DNA of 64,000 nucleotides from an uncultured Roseburia sp. (GTDB lineage: Bacteria; Bacillota; Clostridia; Lachnospirales; Lachnospiraceae), in the NCBI GenBank assembly GCA_910584215.1, contig CAJTYI010000002.1, positions 21,249-85,248 of the forward strand. Direction: 5' to 3'. Positions 39,033 to 48,609 of this stretch are shown in pieces. The translations under genes and the position numbers were made by a program. Numbering within the stretch: position 1 is the first letter of the stretch; each line of letters begins with the position of its first letter. The notes beneath the pieces were generated by a model. The model did not search any database, was not told where the DNA came from, and was given only the letters and a program-made list of their open reading frames with translations.

Positions 39033-41234
39033 TTATTCATTCGTAACAAGCGATGTATACACACCGTTTTTCGCAAATAATTCCTCGTGCGTTCCTCGCT
39101 CGACAACAACGCCGTTGTCAAGCACGATGATCTCATCGCAGTCGCGAATTGTTGATAATCTGTGTGCCACGACGATGCAGGTAATTCCCCTGTCCTTAAT
39201 GGATTTCACGACCTCATATTCCGTTTTCGCGTCCAGCGCGGAAGTTGCTTCGTCGAGTATGATGATCGTAGGGTCTTGCGCGAGAACGCGGGCAATCTCC
39301 ATGCGCTGCCGCTGACCGCCCGAAAAGTCCTTGCCTCCCTCGGTTATCTTGTAGTTGTAGCCGCCGTCGCGCTGCATAATGTCCTCATGCAGCTGCGCGT
39401 CGCGCGCCGCCAATATCATCTCGAAATCCTCTATTGAGCTGTCCCACATTTTGATATTGTTCGCTATCGTGTCCTCAAACAAAATAATATCCTGGTCTAC
39501 CACCGCGAGCGAACCGGTAAAAACGCTTCTGTCAATGCTGTTTATCGGTCTTCCGTCAAACAGGATTTCACCGCTCCACGGTTTGTACAGTCCCGAGATC
39601 AGCTTCGAGAGCGTAGATTTTCCGCAGCCGGACGTACCGACAAACGCAACGCGGCTGCCCGTTTTCAGCGTTAGGTTGAAATCACGGATAAGCGGTTCGG
39701 CAAGGCGCGAGTATCCGAACGAGACGTTTTTTAGCTCGACATTCCCCGATAATTTGTCATACTCTGCGTCCTCATCTCCCCCGTCGTTATCGTAATTTAC
39801 ATCGGTCGGATATTCCATAACGTCCTCGACGCGCTCCATCTGCGTGCGCATTTCCTGCAATGTCTGCCCTGCGGAAATAAGCGTCTGCGCAGGCCCGGCG
39901 AACGAGCCGAGGAAGCCCTGAAACGCCATTATCATGCCGACGGTGAACTCACCGTTTATCGTGAAATAAACGCCGAGTATCAGCACCGCGGTATTGGCGA
40001 ACGCCGACACGAAAGACGGTATCATTCCAAGGTACTGATTGAGCTTTTGGAATTTCACCTGCTGTGTGTTTACGCTCGCCTGATAGCCCGCCCATTTCTC
40101 GAAAAATCCGTTTTCCGCACCGCTTGCCTTGATCGTTTCTATCATCTCGATTCCCGCAACGGTAGCTCCCGCAAGCTTGCCCGCATCGCGCATTTGCACG
40201 CGCGTAATATTGATACGCTTTTTGGAAATAATCCGCGAAACGAAAAGGTTTATCACGATGGAAGCAACACCGACAAGCGTAAGCGGCAGACTGTAGCGGA
40301 TCATCACGACAAGATAAAAAATCATCATGATCGTGTTTAGGGCAAGGGGCGCTAAAGTCTGCACCAGGGACTGCGCGATCGACGCGTTCATCAACTGCCG
40401 CTGCTGAATATCTCCCGCCATACGCTGCGAGAAAAACTCCATCGGCATACGCAGTACCTTCCACATATATTCCGTACTGCCGACAACGGAGAGCTTGCCG
40501 TTTATTTTCAGTGAGTACACGGTCTGCACCCACCCCACGACAAGCCAAACCACATTCAGTGCTCCGAACGCAAAAATAAAGGGCATGAACCATTCCGGGT
40601 TTTCGCCCGTAAGCAGCCTGTCCAGAAAAATTCTTGAAAATGCGGGCTCGATCATTCCCATAAGCGAGCTGATAATCGTTGTCAGCACCACGAAAGCGAC
40701 AGCCGTTCCCGCACCCTTCAAGCGTTTTTTCGCGAACGATACGACGCTTTTGGGCTTGCCGCCCGGCTCGAAATTTTCTGACGGCGCGAACATCAGGCAA
40801 ATTCCCGTAAACGACTTGTCGAACGTTTCCATAGACACACAATAGCTGCCCTTTGCGGGATCATTAAGGTATGCTTTGTTCCCCTTAAAGCCGTTAAGTA
40901 CCAGAAAATGGTTGAAATTCCAGTGGATGATGCACGGGAACGTGCCGTTTTTCTTCAAATCCTCGGGCTCGTAGCGGTAGCCCTTTGCTCTCAGCCCGTA
41001 GTTTCGCGCCGCCTTGAGGACGTTTTTCGCGTTTGAGCCGTCGCGCGAAACGCCGCAGTCCGCGCGCACCTGCTCGAGCGGAATCCACTTTTCGTAATAC
41101 GCAAGTATCATCGTAAGCGAAGCCGCGCCACATTCTAGCGCTTCCATCTGCATTACAACGGGGACTTTTGCCACCCGGCCTGTGGACGCCGCGCCGTTTT
41201 TTATCGGCTGCTTGATAGGTTTTGTTGTACTCAT
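39033..41234 (-). CDS. NHLP-type peptidase-containing ABC transporter (C39 peptidase/permease/ATPase)
   Basis: QMEALECGAASL catalytic Cys, IIHWNFNHF, GTSGCGKST, FSGGQRQR. Confidence 0.95.
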   Translation of the reverse strand: MSTTKPIKQPIKNGAASTGRVAKVPVVMQMEALECGAASLTMILAYYEKWIPLEQVRADCGVSRDGSNAKNVLKAARNYGLRAKGYRYEPEDLKKNGTFPCIIHWNFNHFLVLNGFKGNKAYLNDPAKGSYCVSMETFDKSFTGICLMFAPSENFEPGGKPKSVVSFAKKRLKGAGTAVAFVVLTTIISSLMGMIEPAFSRIFLDRLLTGENPEWFMPFIFAFGALNVVWLVVGWVQTVYSLKINGKLSVVGSTEYMWKVLRMPMEFFSQRMAGDIQQRQLMNASIAQSLVQTLAPLALNTIMMIFYLVVMIRYSLPLTLVGVASIVINLFVSRIISKKRINITRVQMRDAGKLAGATVAGIEMIETIKASGAENGFFEKWAGYQASVNTQQVKFQKLNQYLGMIPSFVSAFANTAVLILGVYFTINGEFTVGMIMAFQGFLGSFAGPAQTLISAGQTLQEMRTQMERVEDVMEYPTDVNYDNDGGDEDAEYDKLSGNVELKNVSFGYSRLAEPLIRDFNLTLKTGSRVAFVGTSGCGKSTLSKLISGLYKPWSGEILFDGRPINSIDRSVFTGSLAVVDQDIILFEDTIANNIKMWDSSIEDFEMILAARDAQLHEDIMQRDGGYNYKITEGGKDFSGGQRQRMEIARVLAQDPTIIILDEATSALDAKTEYEVVKSIKDRGITCIVVAHRLSTIRDCDEIIVLDNGVVVERGTHEELFAKNGVYTSLVTNE

Positions 41235-41245
41235 ACGGCGCTACC

Positions 41246-41719
41246 TCAATTCAAAATAAATGACATCGGAGAAACGCTTTCCGTCACAATCTCCGCCTTA
41301 TATGTACCGTCCGAAAGGGTGGCGCCCGCCGTTACCTGATACAGCCAATCGCCCTCCGAAAATCCACCGAGATACAGAAGATAGTCATCCATATCCGCGC
41401 TTACGGAAATCGGCTGAGCGGAGACCTCCGACACGCTCAGTGCGTTCCCGTCAACGTTCACAGTCATTCCCGATTTTATTTTCGCAGCTTCCTCCTCGCC
41501 CACATAGCAGGTGAAAACGCCGTTTTCACAGATTCCCGCCGTTGCTATTTTGGTATCCAAATGCCCGAAGATCCCCCATACGCACACACCGATCAGCAGC
41601 GTGATGACCGCCGCCAATATCATCCAAACACCCGGGTTAGATACGCGGATATAATCGTTCAATTGCTCGGGCGAGGAAACTCTCTCCATGCTCGCCTTGC
41701 GGAAAAGTTGTTTCTCCAT
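41246..41719 (-). CDS. short NHLP secretion accessory (membrane-fusion-like) protein
   Basis: LFRKASMERVSSPEQLNDYIRV N-terminus, one TM, ends SPMSFILN. Confidence 0.85.
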   Translation of the reverse strand: MEKQLFRKASMERVSSPEQLNDYIRVSNPGVWMILAAVITLLIGVCVWGIFGHLDTKIATAGICENGVFTCYVGEEEAAKIKSGMTVNVDGNALSVSEVSAQPISVSADMDDYLLYLGGFSEGDWLYQVTAGATLSDGTYKAEIVTESVSPMSFILN

Positions 41720-41731
41720 ACCGTTCCCCCG

Positions 41732-42028
41732 TTATTCGACTGTGAGAATATCCACAAATCCCGTTACCTCGAATACCTCCATAATAACGTCGTTGACATT
41801 TCGTATCACCATTTTGCCCTGCTTGCTCATGACCTTCTGCGCAGCCAGCAGAACGCGCAGCCCCGCCGAGGAGATATATTGGAGCTTTGCAAAATCCAGT
41901 ATCAGCTCGGTATTGTCAGCGATGCTCTGCTTTAATTCCGCCTCTAGCTGTGGTGCGGTCGTGGTGTCAAGCCTGCCCTCTAAAGCGACATTCAGCGTCG
42001 TTCCATCTAAAGTCTTAATGATGTTCAT
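41732..42028 (-). CDS. STAS domain anti-sigma factor antagonist (RsbV-like)
   Basis: LEGRLDTTTAP, LQYISSAGLRVLL, EVFEVTGF. Confidence 0.93.
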   Translation of the reverse strand: MNIIKTLDGTTLNVALEGRLDTTTAPQLEAELKQSIADNTELILDFAKLQYISSAGLRVLLAAQKVMSKQGKMVIRNVNDVIMEVFEVTGFVDILTVE

Positions 42029-42091
42029 ATTTGCATTACCTCCAAAACACTATATTGGTTTAAGCTTATCATATTGCGTTCAAATCCTTGC

Positions 42092-42123
42092 CTGTATTTT
42101 ACGCCAAAAATCTGCATTTTACG
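42092..42123. promoter_or_regulatory. 12-bp direct repeat, candidate LytTR operator
   Basis: CTGTATTTTACG / CTGCATTTTACG at 20-bp period in the divergent promoter region. Confidence 0.55.
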
Positions 42124-42225
42124 AAATGATCGGTAACAGTTTTGCCGGCCGGCTTCACGGTTTCCAAAACAGATTTGACTTCCACACTGATAAATGTTAG
42201 TATTAAACATTATGGGAGGATATCT

Positions 42226-42957
42226 ATGTGTCTTGACATCGCCGTATGCGACGACAATGAAGCCGAGCTTGCAAAAATTACGGAACAAATACACATGGCT
42301 TGCTCTAAGATGAATATCGCGGCGCAGATCCGATCGTTTCGATCGGGCGAGGAGCTTCTCGCCTCGGACGCTGTGCGTGAGTGCGGAATTATTTTTATGG
42401 ACATATATCTGGGCAGCATAAACGGAATAGACGCGGTGCGCAGCATTGCACCCGACATTTCCCAAAATGTCGTTTTCATAACCGTCAGCACTGACCATGC
42501 CATTGAAGCGTTCAATCTCAATGCCGCGCACTATTTGGTAAAGCCGACAAGTGTTGAATCCGTCTCCGAGGCAATCAGGCGGTGTATCCCCAAAGCATCC
42601 GATAAGAACGGACCTGTGCTTGAAATAAAAACGGGTAAGGTAACGGTTCCCATACCAATAAAAACTATACTGTATATAGAAGTTATAGATAAGTACTGTG
42701 TAATCCATACGGATAAAAACACGTTTGAAACACGATCATCGCTCGCCCTGCTTTACAAACAGCTTGACGAAAGGTTTTTTATGAGGCCGCAGCAAAGCTA
42801 TGTCGTCAATATGGCAGCGATAGAAAAGTTTAATTTCGACCGTATTCTTTTGCGCGGCGGAAAAGACATACCGCTGTCTCGAAAAAACAGGGCGAAGCTT
42901 CAAAAGCAGTATCAAAGTTTTCTGTTCAGATCGGCAAGAGGAGAAGGTATATGTTAA
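42226..42957 (+). CDS. LytTR family response regulator
   Basis: IAVCDD, IIFMDIYL, YLVKP; FMRPQQSYVVNM LytTR motif; start set at 42226. Confidence 0.92.
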   Translation: MCLDIAVCDDNEAELAKITEQIHMACSKMNIAAQIRSFRSGEELLASDAVRECGIIFMDIYLGSINGIDAVRSIAPDISQNVVFITVSTDHAIEAFNLNAAHYLVKPTSVESVSEAIRRCIPKASDKNGPVLEIKTGKVTVPIPIKTILYIEVIDKYCVIHTDKNTFETRSSLALLYKQLDERFFMRPQQSYVVNMAAIEKFNFDRILLRGGKDIPLSRKNRAKLQKQYQSFLFRSARGEGIC

Positions 42958-44315
42958 ATTTTTTTTGGATATTAACGGATGACCTTATCACGATACTGCC
43001 GTTTGCCTTTTTATGCTTTTATCCGCTAAAAGGCTACAGCAGATTTTCCGTCAAGAAAACCGTTTTGCTTACCTCTCTTGTCGTTGCGGCTACGTCGACG
43101 GCAGACGCGCTCGTTATGACGTTTTTTTCTGAACGGACGAATGACAGGGAAATTTTGAGCGTTTTAGGCAATGTCGTCTACATTACCGCCGTCATTCTTT
43201 GTTACGCATGGTGCGTTTACGCGATAAAAGCGATATGGCAGAAAAAGGTGTTTGTTTTTTTATTTGTTTTATGCGGCGCACTGTTCTCTGTGGTGCTTTC
43301 CAATTTCTTTTTGGGAATGTCCCCCACGGCTGAGGGTCAGCTTTTTTTCGCGAACTGCGACACGGTCATCTACCGCGCTGTTTCGGAATGCATCGTCATA
43401 CCACTGCTGTGTTTGTTTTTTGGGAGCCTTTATTTGCCGATAGAACGGAATATAGATAAAAAAGAATTGACGATCTTAAACGTTCCAATGGTTACATTGT
43501 TCGTTATTTTGTTTATCATTTTTACTTTTCTTGAGACTGAGGGTCTGTACACAAATCCAAAGGAGAGTTTGCTGTATTTCGGCATACTCACTATGCTTTT
43601 CATCCTCTATACCGTTATGTTCAGAATTTGCCGCCTTATCCGCGACAGGCAGACGGCGAGCGAAAAGCTGATACAAAGCCAATATCAGATGAATATCCGC
43701 GATGAACAATACCGCCGTATCTGTGAAAACATTGAGGGAGTGCGCCGTCAGCGTCACGATATGCGGCATCACATGACGGCGCTGCGCTGCTTTCTCGAAA
43801 ACGGCGATACAAAAAAGGCGGTGGAATATCTCGACCAATATCTGGGAAATTGTCAAAATCAAACTATCATGATCTACAGCAAACATCCGGTTATCAATAT
43901 GATCGTCAGCCACTACGCCGAACTGGCACGGGAACGAAAGATACCGTTATCGGTGCATATTCAGTTTTCTGACGAGCTGTCCCCCGATAAGTTAGCGATA
44001 GAAAACGTTGATATTTCCGTCCTACTTGGAAATCTGCTTGAAAACGCAATCAACGCTGCGTCCAAGCTTCCTGTGTCGGAGCGCGATATCAAACTCAATA
44101 TTCTGCAACAGGGAAATATGCTCGCTGTTACTGTAGACAACAGCTTCAACGGCGAGGTTTTGCAAAAGGACGGCGCTTATCTTTCCACGAAACCGGGACA
44201 CAGCGGTCTGGGGCTTTCCAGCCTTATGGACATTGCGGAAAAATATTATGGCGGGACAGAGTTTCGTCATGTGAATCACACATTCTATTCCTCGATCATG
44301 CTTAAGTTGGATTAA
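42951..44315 (+). CDS. polytopic GHKL sensor histidine kinase (AgrC/VirS-like)
   Basis: Multiple TM helices; RHDMRHH, GNLLENAINA, STKPGHSGLGL. Confidence 0.9.
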   Translation: MLNFFWILTDDLITILPFAFLCFYPLKGYSRFSVKKTVLLTSLVVAATSTADALVMTFFSERTNDREILSVLGNVVYITAVILCYAWCVYAIKAIWQKKVFVFLFVLCGALFSVVLSNFFLGMSPTAEGQLFFANCDTVIYRAVSECIVIPLLCLFFGSLYLPIERNIDKKELTILNVPMVTLFVILFIIFTFLETEGLYTNPKESLLYFGILTMLFILYTVMFRICRLIRDRQTASEKLIQSQYQMNIRDEQYRRICENIEGVRRQRHDMRHHMTALRCFLENGDTKKAVEYLDQYLGNCQNQTIMIYSKHPVINMIVSHYAELARERKIPLSVHIQFSDELSPDKLAIENVDISVLLGNLLENAINAASKLPVSERDIKLNILQQGNMLAVTVDNSFNGEVLQKDGAYLSTKPGHSGLGLSSLMDIAEKYYGGTEFRHVNHTFYSSIMLKLD

Positions 44316-44401
44316 CGGCGTTTGTTACTTATTAAGTTCTTGGCACGCTTCTTTGCGAAAGATGGTATGTTTTCTGAGCGGATTTTTCGAGCCAAATAAA
44401 T

Positions 44402-44502
44402 ACGGAGCCGACGCATTACGGATAAGAGATACAGCATATAGATCGGTTTCACCAAAAAACTGATCTATATTGTATGCTTTCCGCTTAATGCGTCAACCCC
44501 GT
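44402..44502. other. ~100-nt imperfect hairpin at the island/ybaB junction
   Basis: GACGCATTA/TAATGCGTC and ATATAGATCGGTTT/AAACTGATCTATAT arms. Confidence 0.7.
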
Positions 44503-44526
44503 TTCTGTCATAATCTGCCGGATATA

Positions 44527-44886
44527 CTAAAACGGCAGGCCGCCAAGGCCTCCCATACCGCCCATACCTCCGGTAATTTTGGACATGGAGCTTGCCGATA
44601 TTTCTTCCAGCTGGCGGAACGCTTCATTTGTCGCCGCCATAATCAAGTCTTCGAGCATTTCGATGTCATCCGGGTCTACGACCTCTTCCGACAATGTTAC
44701 CTTTGTGACTTCGCGCTTACCGGAAACCGTCACTTCGACTGCTCCGCCGCCTGCCGTGGCTGTCACCTCTTTTTCTTCCAGCTCTTTTTGAGCCTCCTCC
44801 ATCTGGCGCTGCATTTTCTGCGCCTGCTTCATCAAATTACTCATATTTCCCGGCATACCGCCCGGAAAACCGCCTCTTTTCGCCAT
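44527..44886 (-). CDS. ybaB: YbaB/EbfC nucleoid-associated protein
   Basis: MKQAQKMQ...[12 protein letters not shown]...[15 protein letters not shown]. Confidence 0.95.
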   Translation of the reverse strand: MAKRGGFPGGMPGNMSNLMKQAQKMQRQMEEAQKELEEKEVTATAGGGAVEVTVSGKREVTKVTLSEEVVDPDDIEMLEDLIMAATNEAFRQLEEISASSMSKITGGMGGMGGLGGLPF

Positions 44887-45014
44887 TTTCCTACATCCCC
44901 CATTTAATCATATTGATTGAATCACTTCTTACTATTTCTGTTGCTTCTTGATTATTGTTTGTGAATATTTTATATCCTCTTTGGCTCTATTCCATATTTG
45001 ATTGATTATATGTT

Positions 45015-46583
45015 CTATTGAAAGTCCTCTTCCTCTATATCCATTTGTATCATTTGCTTTAAATCAACATAGAGATCTGCCGATCGCTGCCCCGAATCAT
45101 TTTTCCTGATCTCCAGCGCAACCTCTTTTCCGATGCGCTCCAGAATCACTCTTTTTAATTCATCCTGACAGGCGGAACGGTTTTCCTTTACATATTCGTA
45201 GGCATTGGCATCTTCATATACCAGCATCAACTCACCGTCCGCTCCCAGAGAGCACAGTGCGCTCCTGAAATAATTGCGGCTGACTCCCGGCAATTGTCCG
45301 ATGATACCGTTCCAGTTCGCGATCACTTGGTTGATGTCATCAGGAACAGCCCTTGGCAGCTCAGGTTTCGCCGCCAGTGTTTTGTCTCTCTCCACCTTCT
45401 GCCCGACAGTCTGTGGAACAATTGCAATACCTTTTTCTATTTTCTTCTCGAGGCTGTCCATGCGGTCCGCCAAAGACGATAGATCCTTTTCCATTTCCGG
45501 CCTGCACAGCTTTATGAGGGCAATTTCGATTAAGATTCTCTTTTGTGATGCGAATTTGATCTCGCCGCCCAGCTCGGATAAAATGCGGATATAGCGCATC
45601 AGTATTTGTGCATCGATCATCCGCGCCTCTTCTTTTAACAGCGCCAGATTTTCCGCAGAAATATCCAACACATCTTCCATGTCATCGGAACCTTGCACCA
45701 ACATAAGATTGCGCAGATACCAGGTAAAATCCGTGACAAACTGTCCCAATTCCCTGCCTTCTGCCACCAGCTCATCCACGACGCCAATCGTGCCGGTAAC
45801 GTTTTTGTCCAGGATATGGCGAAGCAAACGACTGAAAATCTCCGTGTCAACGGCTCCAAGTGTTTCCAAAACCTTATCGTAAGTCAATTCCTGGCCAAGA
45901 TAAAAAGCAATACACTGATCTAAGAGGCTGAGCGCATCGCGCATCGCACCGTCAGCCGCCTTTGCCACATAGCGGAGGGCTTTCTCTTCCACCGTGATTT
46001 GCTCCTTTTCCATCAGCTCCCGCAGACGCCCGACTATCGTTTCGACTGAAATTCTGCGAAAATCATAGCGCTGACAGCGTGACAAGATGGTGACCGGAAT
46101 CTTGTGCGCTTCCGTGGTCGCCAGAATAAAAATCACATAGGAGGGCGGTTCTTCCAAGGTCTTTAACAGTGCATTAAATGCCCCTATCGAAAGCATATGC
46201 ACCTCGTCAATAATATAAACCTTATATTTGCCTTCGGTGGGATGATACTCGACCTCTTCGCGTATCTGGCGAATATTGTCCACACCGTTATTCGACGCCG
46301 CGTCGATCTCTATGACATTCATAGAAGTGCCCGCCGCAATCGCCCGGCAGACAGCACATTCCCCACACGGACTCCCGTCCGCCGGGTGTTCACAGTTTAC
46401 CGCTTTTGCAAATATCTTAGCGATCGTCGTCTTGCCTGTCCCGCGCGTGCCGCAGAACAGGTAAGCATGACCGATACGCTCCGCTTTGATCTGATTCTTT
46501 AAAGTTGTGACAATATGTTCCTGCCCCTTGACATCTTTAAATTCCTGTGGCCGAAACTTGCGATACAACGCCATATATGACAT
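45015..46583 (-). CDS. dnaX: DNA polymerase III subunit gamma/tau
   Basis: LYRKFRP, GTRGTGKT, EIDAASN, IIDEVHML, TILSRC; start set at MSYMALY. Confidence 0.97.
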   Translation of the reverse strand: MSYMALYRKFRPQEFKDVKGQEHIVTTLKNQIKAERIGHAYLFCGTRGTGKTTIAKIFAKAVNCEHPADGSPCGECAVCRAIAAGTSMNVIEIDAASNNGVDNIRQIREEVEYHPTEGKYKVYIIDEVHMLSIGAFNALLKTLEEPPSYVIFILATTEAHKIPVTILSRCQRYDFRRISVETIVGRLRELMEKEQITVEEKALRYVAKAADGAMRDALSLLDQCIAFYLGQELTYDKVLETLGAVDTEIFSRLLRHILDKNVTGTIGVVDELVAEGRELGQFVTDFTWYLRNLMLVQGSDDMEDVLDISAENLALLKEEARMIDAQILMRYIRILSELGGEIKFASQKRILIEIALIKLCRPEMEKDLSSLADRMDSLEKKIEKGIAIVPQTVGQKVERDKTLAAKPELPRAVPDDINQVIANWNGIIGQLPGVSRNYFRSALCSLGADGELMLVYEDANAYEYVKENRSACQDELKRVILERIGKEVALEIRKNDSGQRSADLYVDLKQMIQMDIEEEDFQ

Positions 46584-46696
46584 AACATAAACCTTCCACG
46601 TTTCCAACAATCCATGAGAACGGCGCTGTTTTTGCGCCGTAGAAAATCTTCGCCAAGCATCCTCTGCCACAAGCGATTAGATTTGCTTCTCACACT

Positions 46697-47770
46697 TTAG
46701 TCCCCGAAACTGATGCCTGTCCGCTTCGCCTCTTTGATCATCTGCCCGTTTGGATCTACCGTTTTTAACTTGCCGGCAACTTCCGCGAGTGGGATTCTCT
46801 TTGTCTTGCCGTTCACCAAACCGATCATATACCCGTAATCTTCATCCATGATCGCCTGGGCCGCGGCAGAGCCGAGTCTGGTGCACAGGGTGCGGTCATA
46901 GGGGCATGGACTTCCGCCGCGCTGTGTGTGCCCTGGTACAGTGACACGCACTTCTATGCCCGTAATTTTATTTATTTTCTCAGCGATCTCGTAGGAAACA
47001 GACGGATACTTGGTCTTTGCAAGCTTCTCTTTGTACTCTTTCTTGGACAGTGCGGCGTCCTCCTTGGAGATCGCTCCCTCCGCTACCGCGAGAATGGTAA
47101 ATCCTTTTCCGGCTTTGGTACGGCGTGTAATGGCCTCGACTACCTTTTCGGTATCATATGGTATCTCCGGCAGCAGAATGATGTCCGCCCCCCCGGCAAC
47201 ACCCGCGTAGAGGGTCAGCCATCCTACCTTATGCCCCATGACCTCGACAATAAACACGCGGTTATGGGATGCTGCCGTCGTGTGAATACAATCAATCGCA
47301 TCTGTGGCAATATTGATGGCGCTCTGGAAACCGAACGTCACGTCAGTGCCATAAATATCGTTGTCAATCGTTTTCGGAAGGTGGATAATATTTAATCCCT
47401 CTTCCCGCAGCAAATTGGCGGTTTTCTGGGTGCCGTTGCCGCCTAAAATAACCAGACAGTTGAGATTCAGCTTGTGATAAGTATGTTTCATGGCCTCCAC
47501 CTTGTCCAAACCGTTCTCGTCCGGCACACGCATCAACTTAAACGGCTGTCTGGAAGAGCCAAGGATTGTACCGCCCTTGGTGAGTATGCCGGAAAAATCT
47601 GCGGATGTCAGCAAACGGTAGTCTCCATATATAAGACCTTTATATCCGTTCAAAAATCCATAGACTTCCAATTTCTCCACATTATTGCTCAATCCTTTTA
47701 CTACGCCGCGCATTGCTGCATTTAACGCCTGACAATCGCCGCCGCTTGTCAATAAACCGATCCTCTTCAT
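46697..47770 (-). CDS. pfkA: 6-phosphofructokinase
   Basis: TSGGDCQALN, GGTILGSSR, PKTIDND, EVMGH, GHTQRGG. Confidence 0.93.
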   Translation of the reverse strand: MKRIGLLTSGGDCQALNAAMRGVVKGLSNNVEKLEVYGFLNGYKGLIYGDYRLLTSADFSGILTKGGTILGSSRQPFKLMRVPDENGLDKVEAMKHTYHKLNLNCLVILGGNGTQKTANLLREEGLNIIHLPKTIDNDIYGTDVTFGFQSAINIATDAIDCIHTTAASHNRVFIVEVMGHKVGWLTLYAGVAGGADIILLPEIPYDTEKVVEAITRRTKAGKGFTILAVAEGAISKEDAALSKKEYKEKLAKTKYPSVSYEIAEKINKITGIEVRVTVPGHTQRGGSPCPYDRTLCTRLGSAAAQAIMDEDYGYMIGLVNGKTKRIPLAEVAGKLKTVDPNGQMIKEAKRTGISFGD

Positions 47771-48143
47771 CTGGATATCCCTCCTAAATTAGATAATATC
47801 TATACCGGCAGCCTGCCAAAAATAAGGCAGACCAAATAAACTACCATATAAATTTTACCCTTTTTCTGGCAATTTTGCAAGGTACTATCCCGTCTGTTTT
47901 TTATGGACCGCTCCCCCACTTTTACAACTCCACACCGCTAATGATTCTTTCCTATGCAAGGCTGAGGAATGAGGCGTAGCGGTGGCTGCGTCGATTGACG
48001 ACAACGAAGCAGATGAAAAATCAGACAAGCCAAGGTGTCAATTCATTCATATTCGTTGTACGAGAGGTTTCTTAAATAGGATAAAAAAATTTCATTACCC
48101 TCTAGCATTTTGCATATACTTTGTGGTATACTATATACGTTGT

Positions 48144-48231
48144 GGAGGGTTGTCCGAGTGGTCGAAGGTGCAGCTCTCGAAAAGCTGTGTGCCCCAACAG
48201 GGCACCGTGGGTTCGAATCCCATGCCCTCCG
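48144..48231 (+). tRNA. tRNA-Ser(CGA)
   Basis: Acceptor GGAGGGT/GCCCTCC; anticodon arm CAGCT-CTCGAAA-AGCTG; long variable arm; GGTTCGAATCC; no encoded CCA. Confidence 0.95.
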
Positions 48232-48238
48232 TGAAAAC

Positions 48239-48270
48239 GAGCCGGGAATCTGAGAAAGATTCCCGGCTCT
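48239..48270 (+). terminator. hairpin after the tRNA
   Basis: GAGCCGGGAATCT-GAGAA-AGATTCCCGGCTC. Confidence 0.7.
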
Positions 48271-48286
48271 GTTACAATATATCTCT

Positions 48287-48605
48287 TTAGTGCTTTTCTT
48301 TGAAAAAATCCATAAACTGTTTTGCAAATGTGATAATATACATACTGATACATACAAAAAAACCTACCATAAAAGACTTTTCATTTCTTTCAATCGCTTT
48401 TCTTGTTCTTTCCTATTTATCTCCTTTTCTGCCTGTGCAACGATTTCGTCTGTATAGTGCTGCTTGATTTCCTCAACAATTTGTCTCTCGTCTTTTCACG
48501 AATTGTATTACAAAACTCATCTCTTAATCCTGCATTCACCTTTTCTCCCAACTCATGTGCCTTGTCACTGATGAAAACCTCCAGCACTTTATCTAATACA
48601 TCCAT
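48287..48605 (-). pseudogene. degraded hypothetical gene (coiled-coil + hydrophobic tail)
   Basis: MDVLDKVLE...RDK continues in another frame as EEIKQHYTDEIVAQAEKEINRKEQEKRLKEMKSLLW, then another break. Confidence 0.5.
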
Positions 48606-48609
48606 AAAT

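Noticed and set aside
39949..40842. 297-aa alternative-frame ORF in the peptidase transporter
   Set aside because: Arg/Gly-rich off-frame product typical of GC-rich coding sequence
42025..42708. 227-aa minus-strand ORF
   Set aside because: Overlaps the well-supported LytTR regulator on the opposite strand
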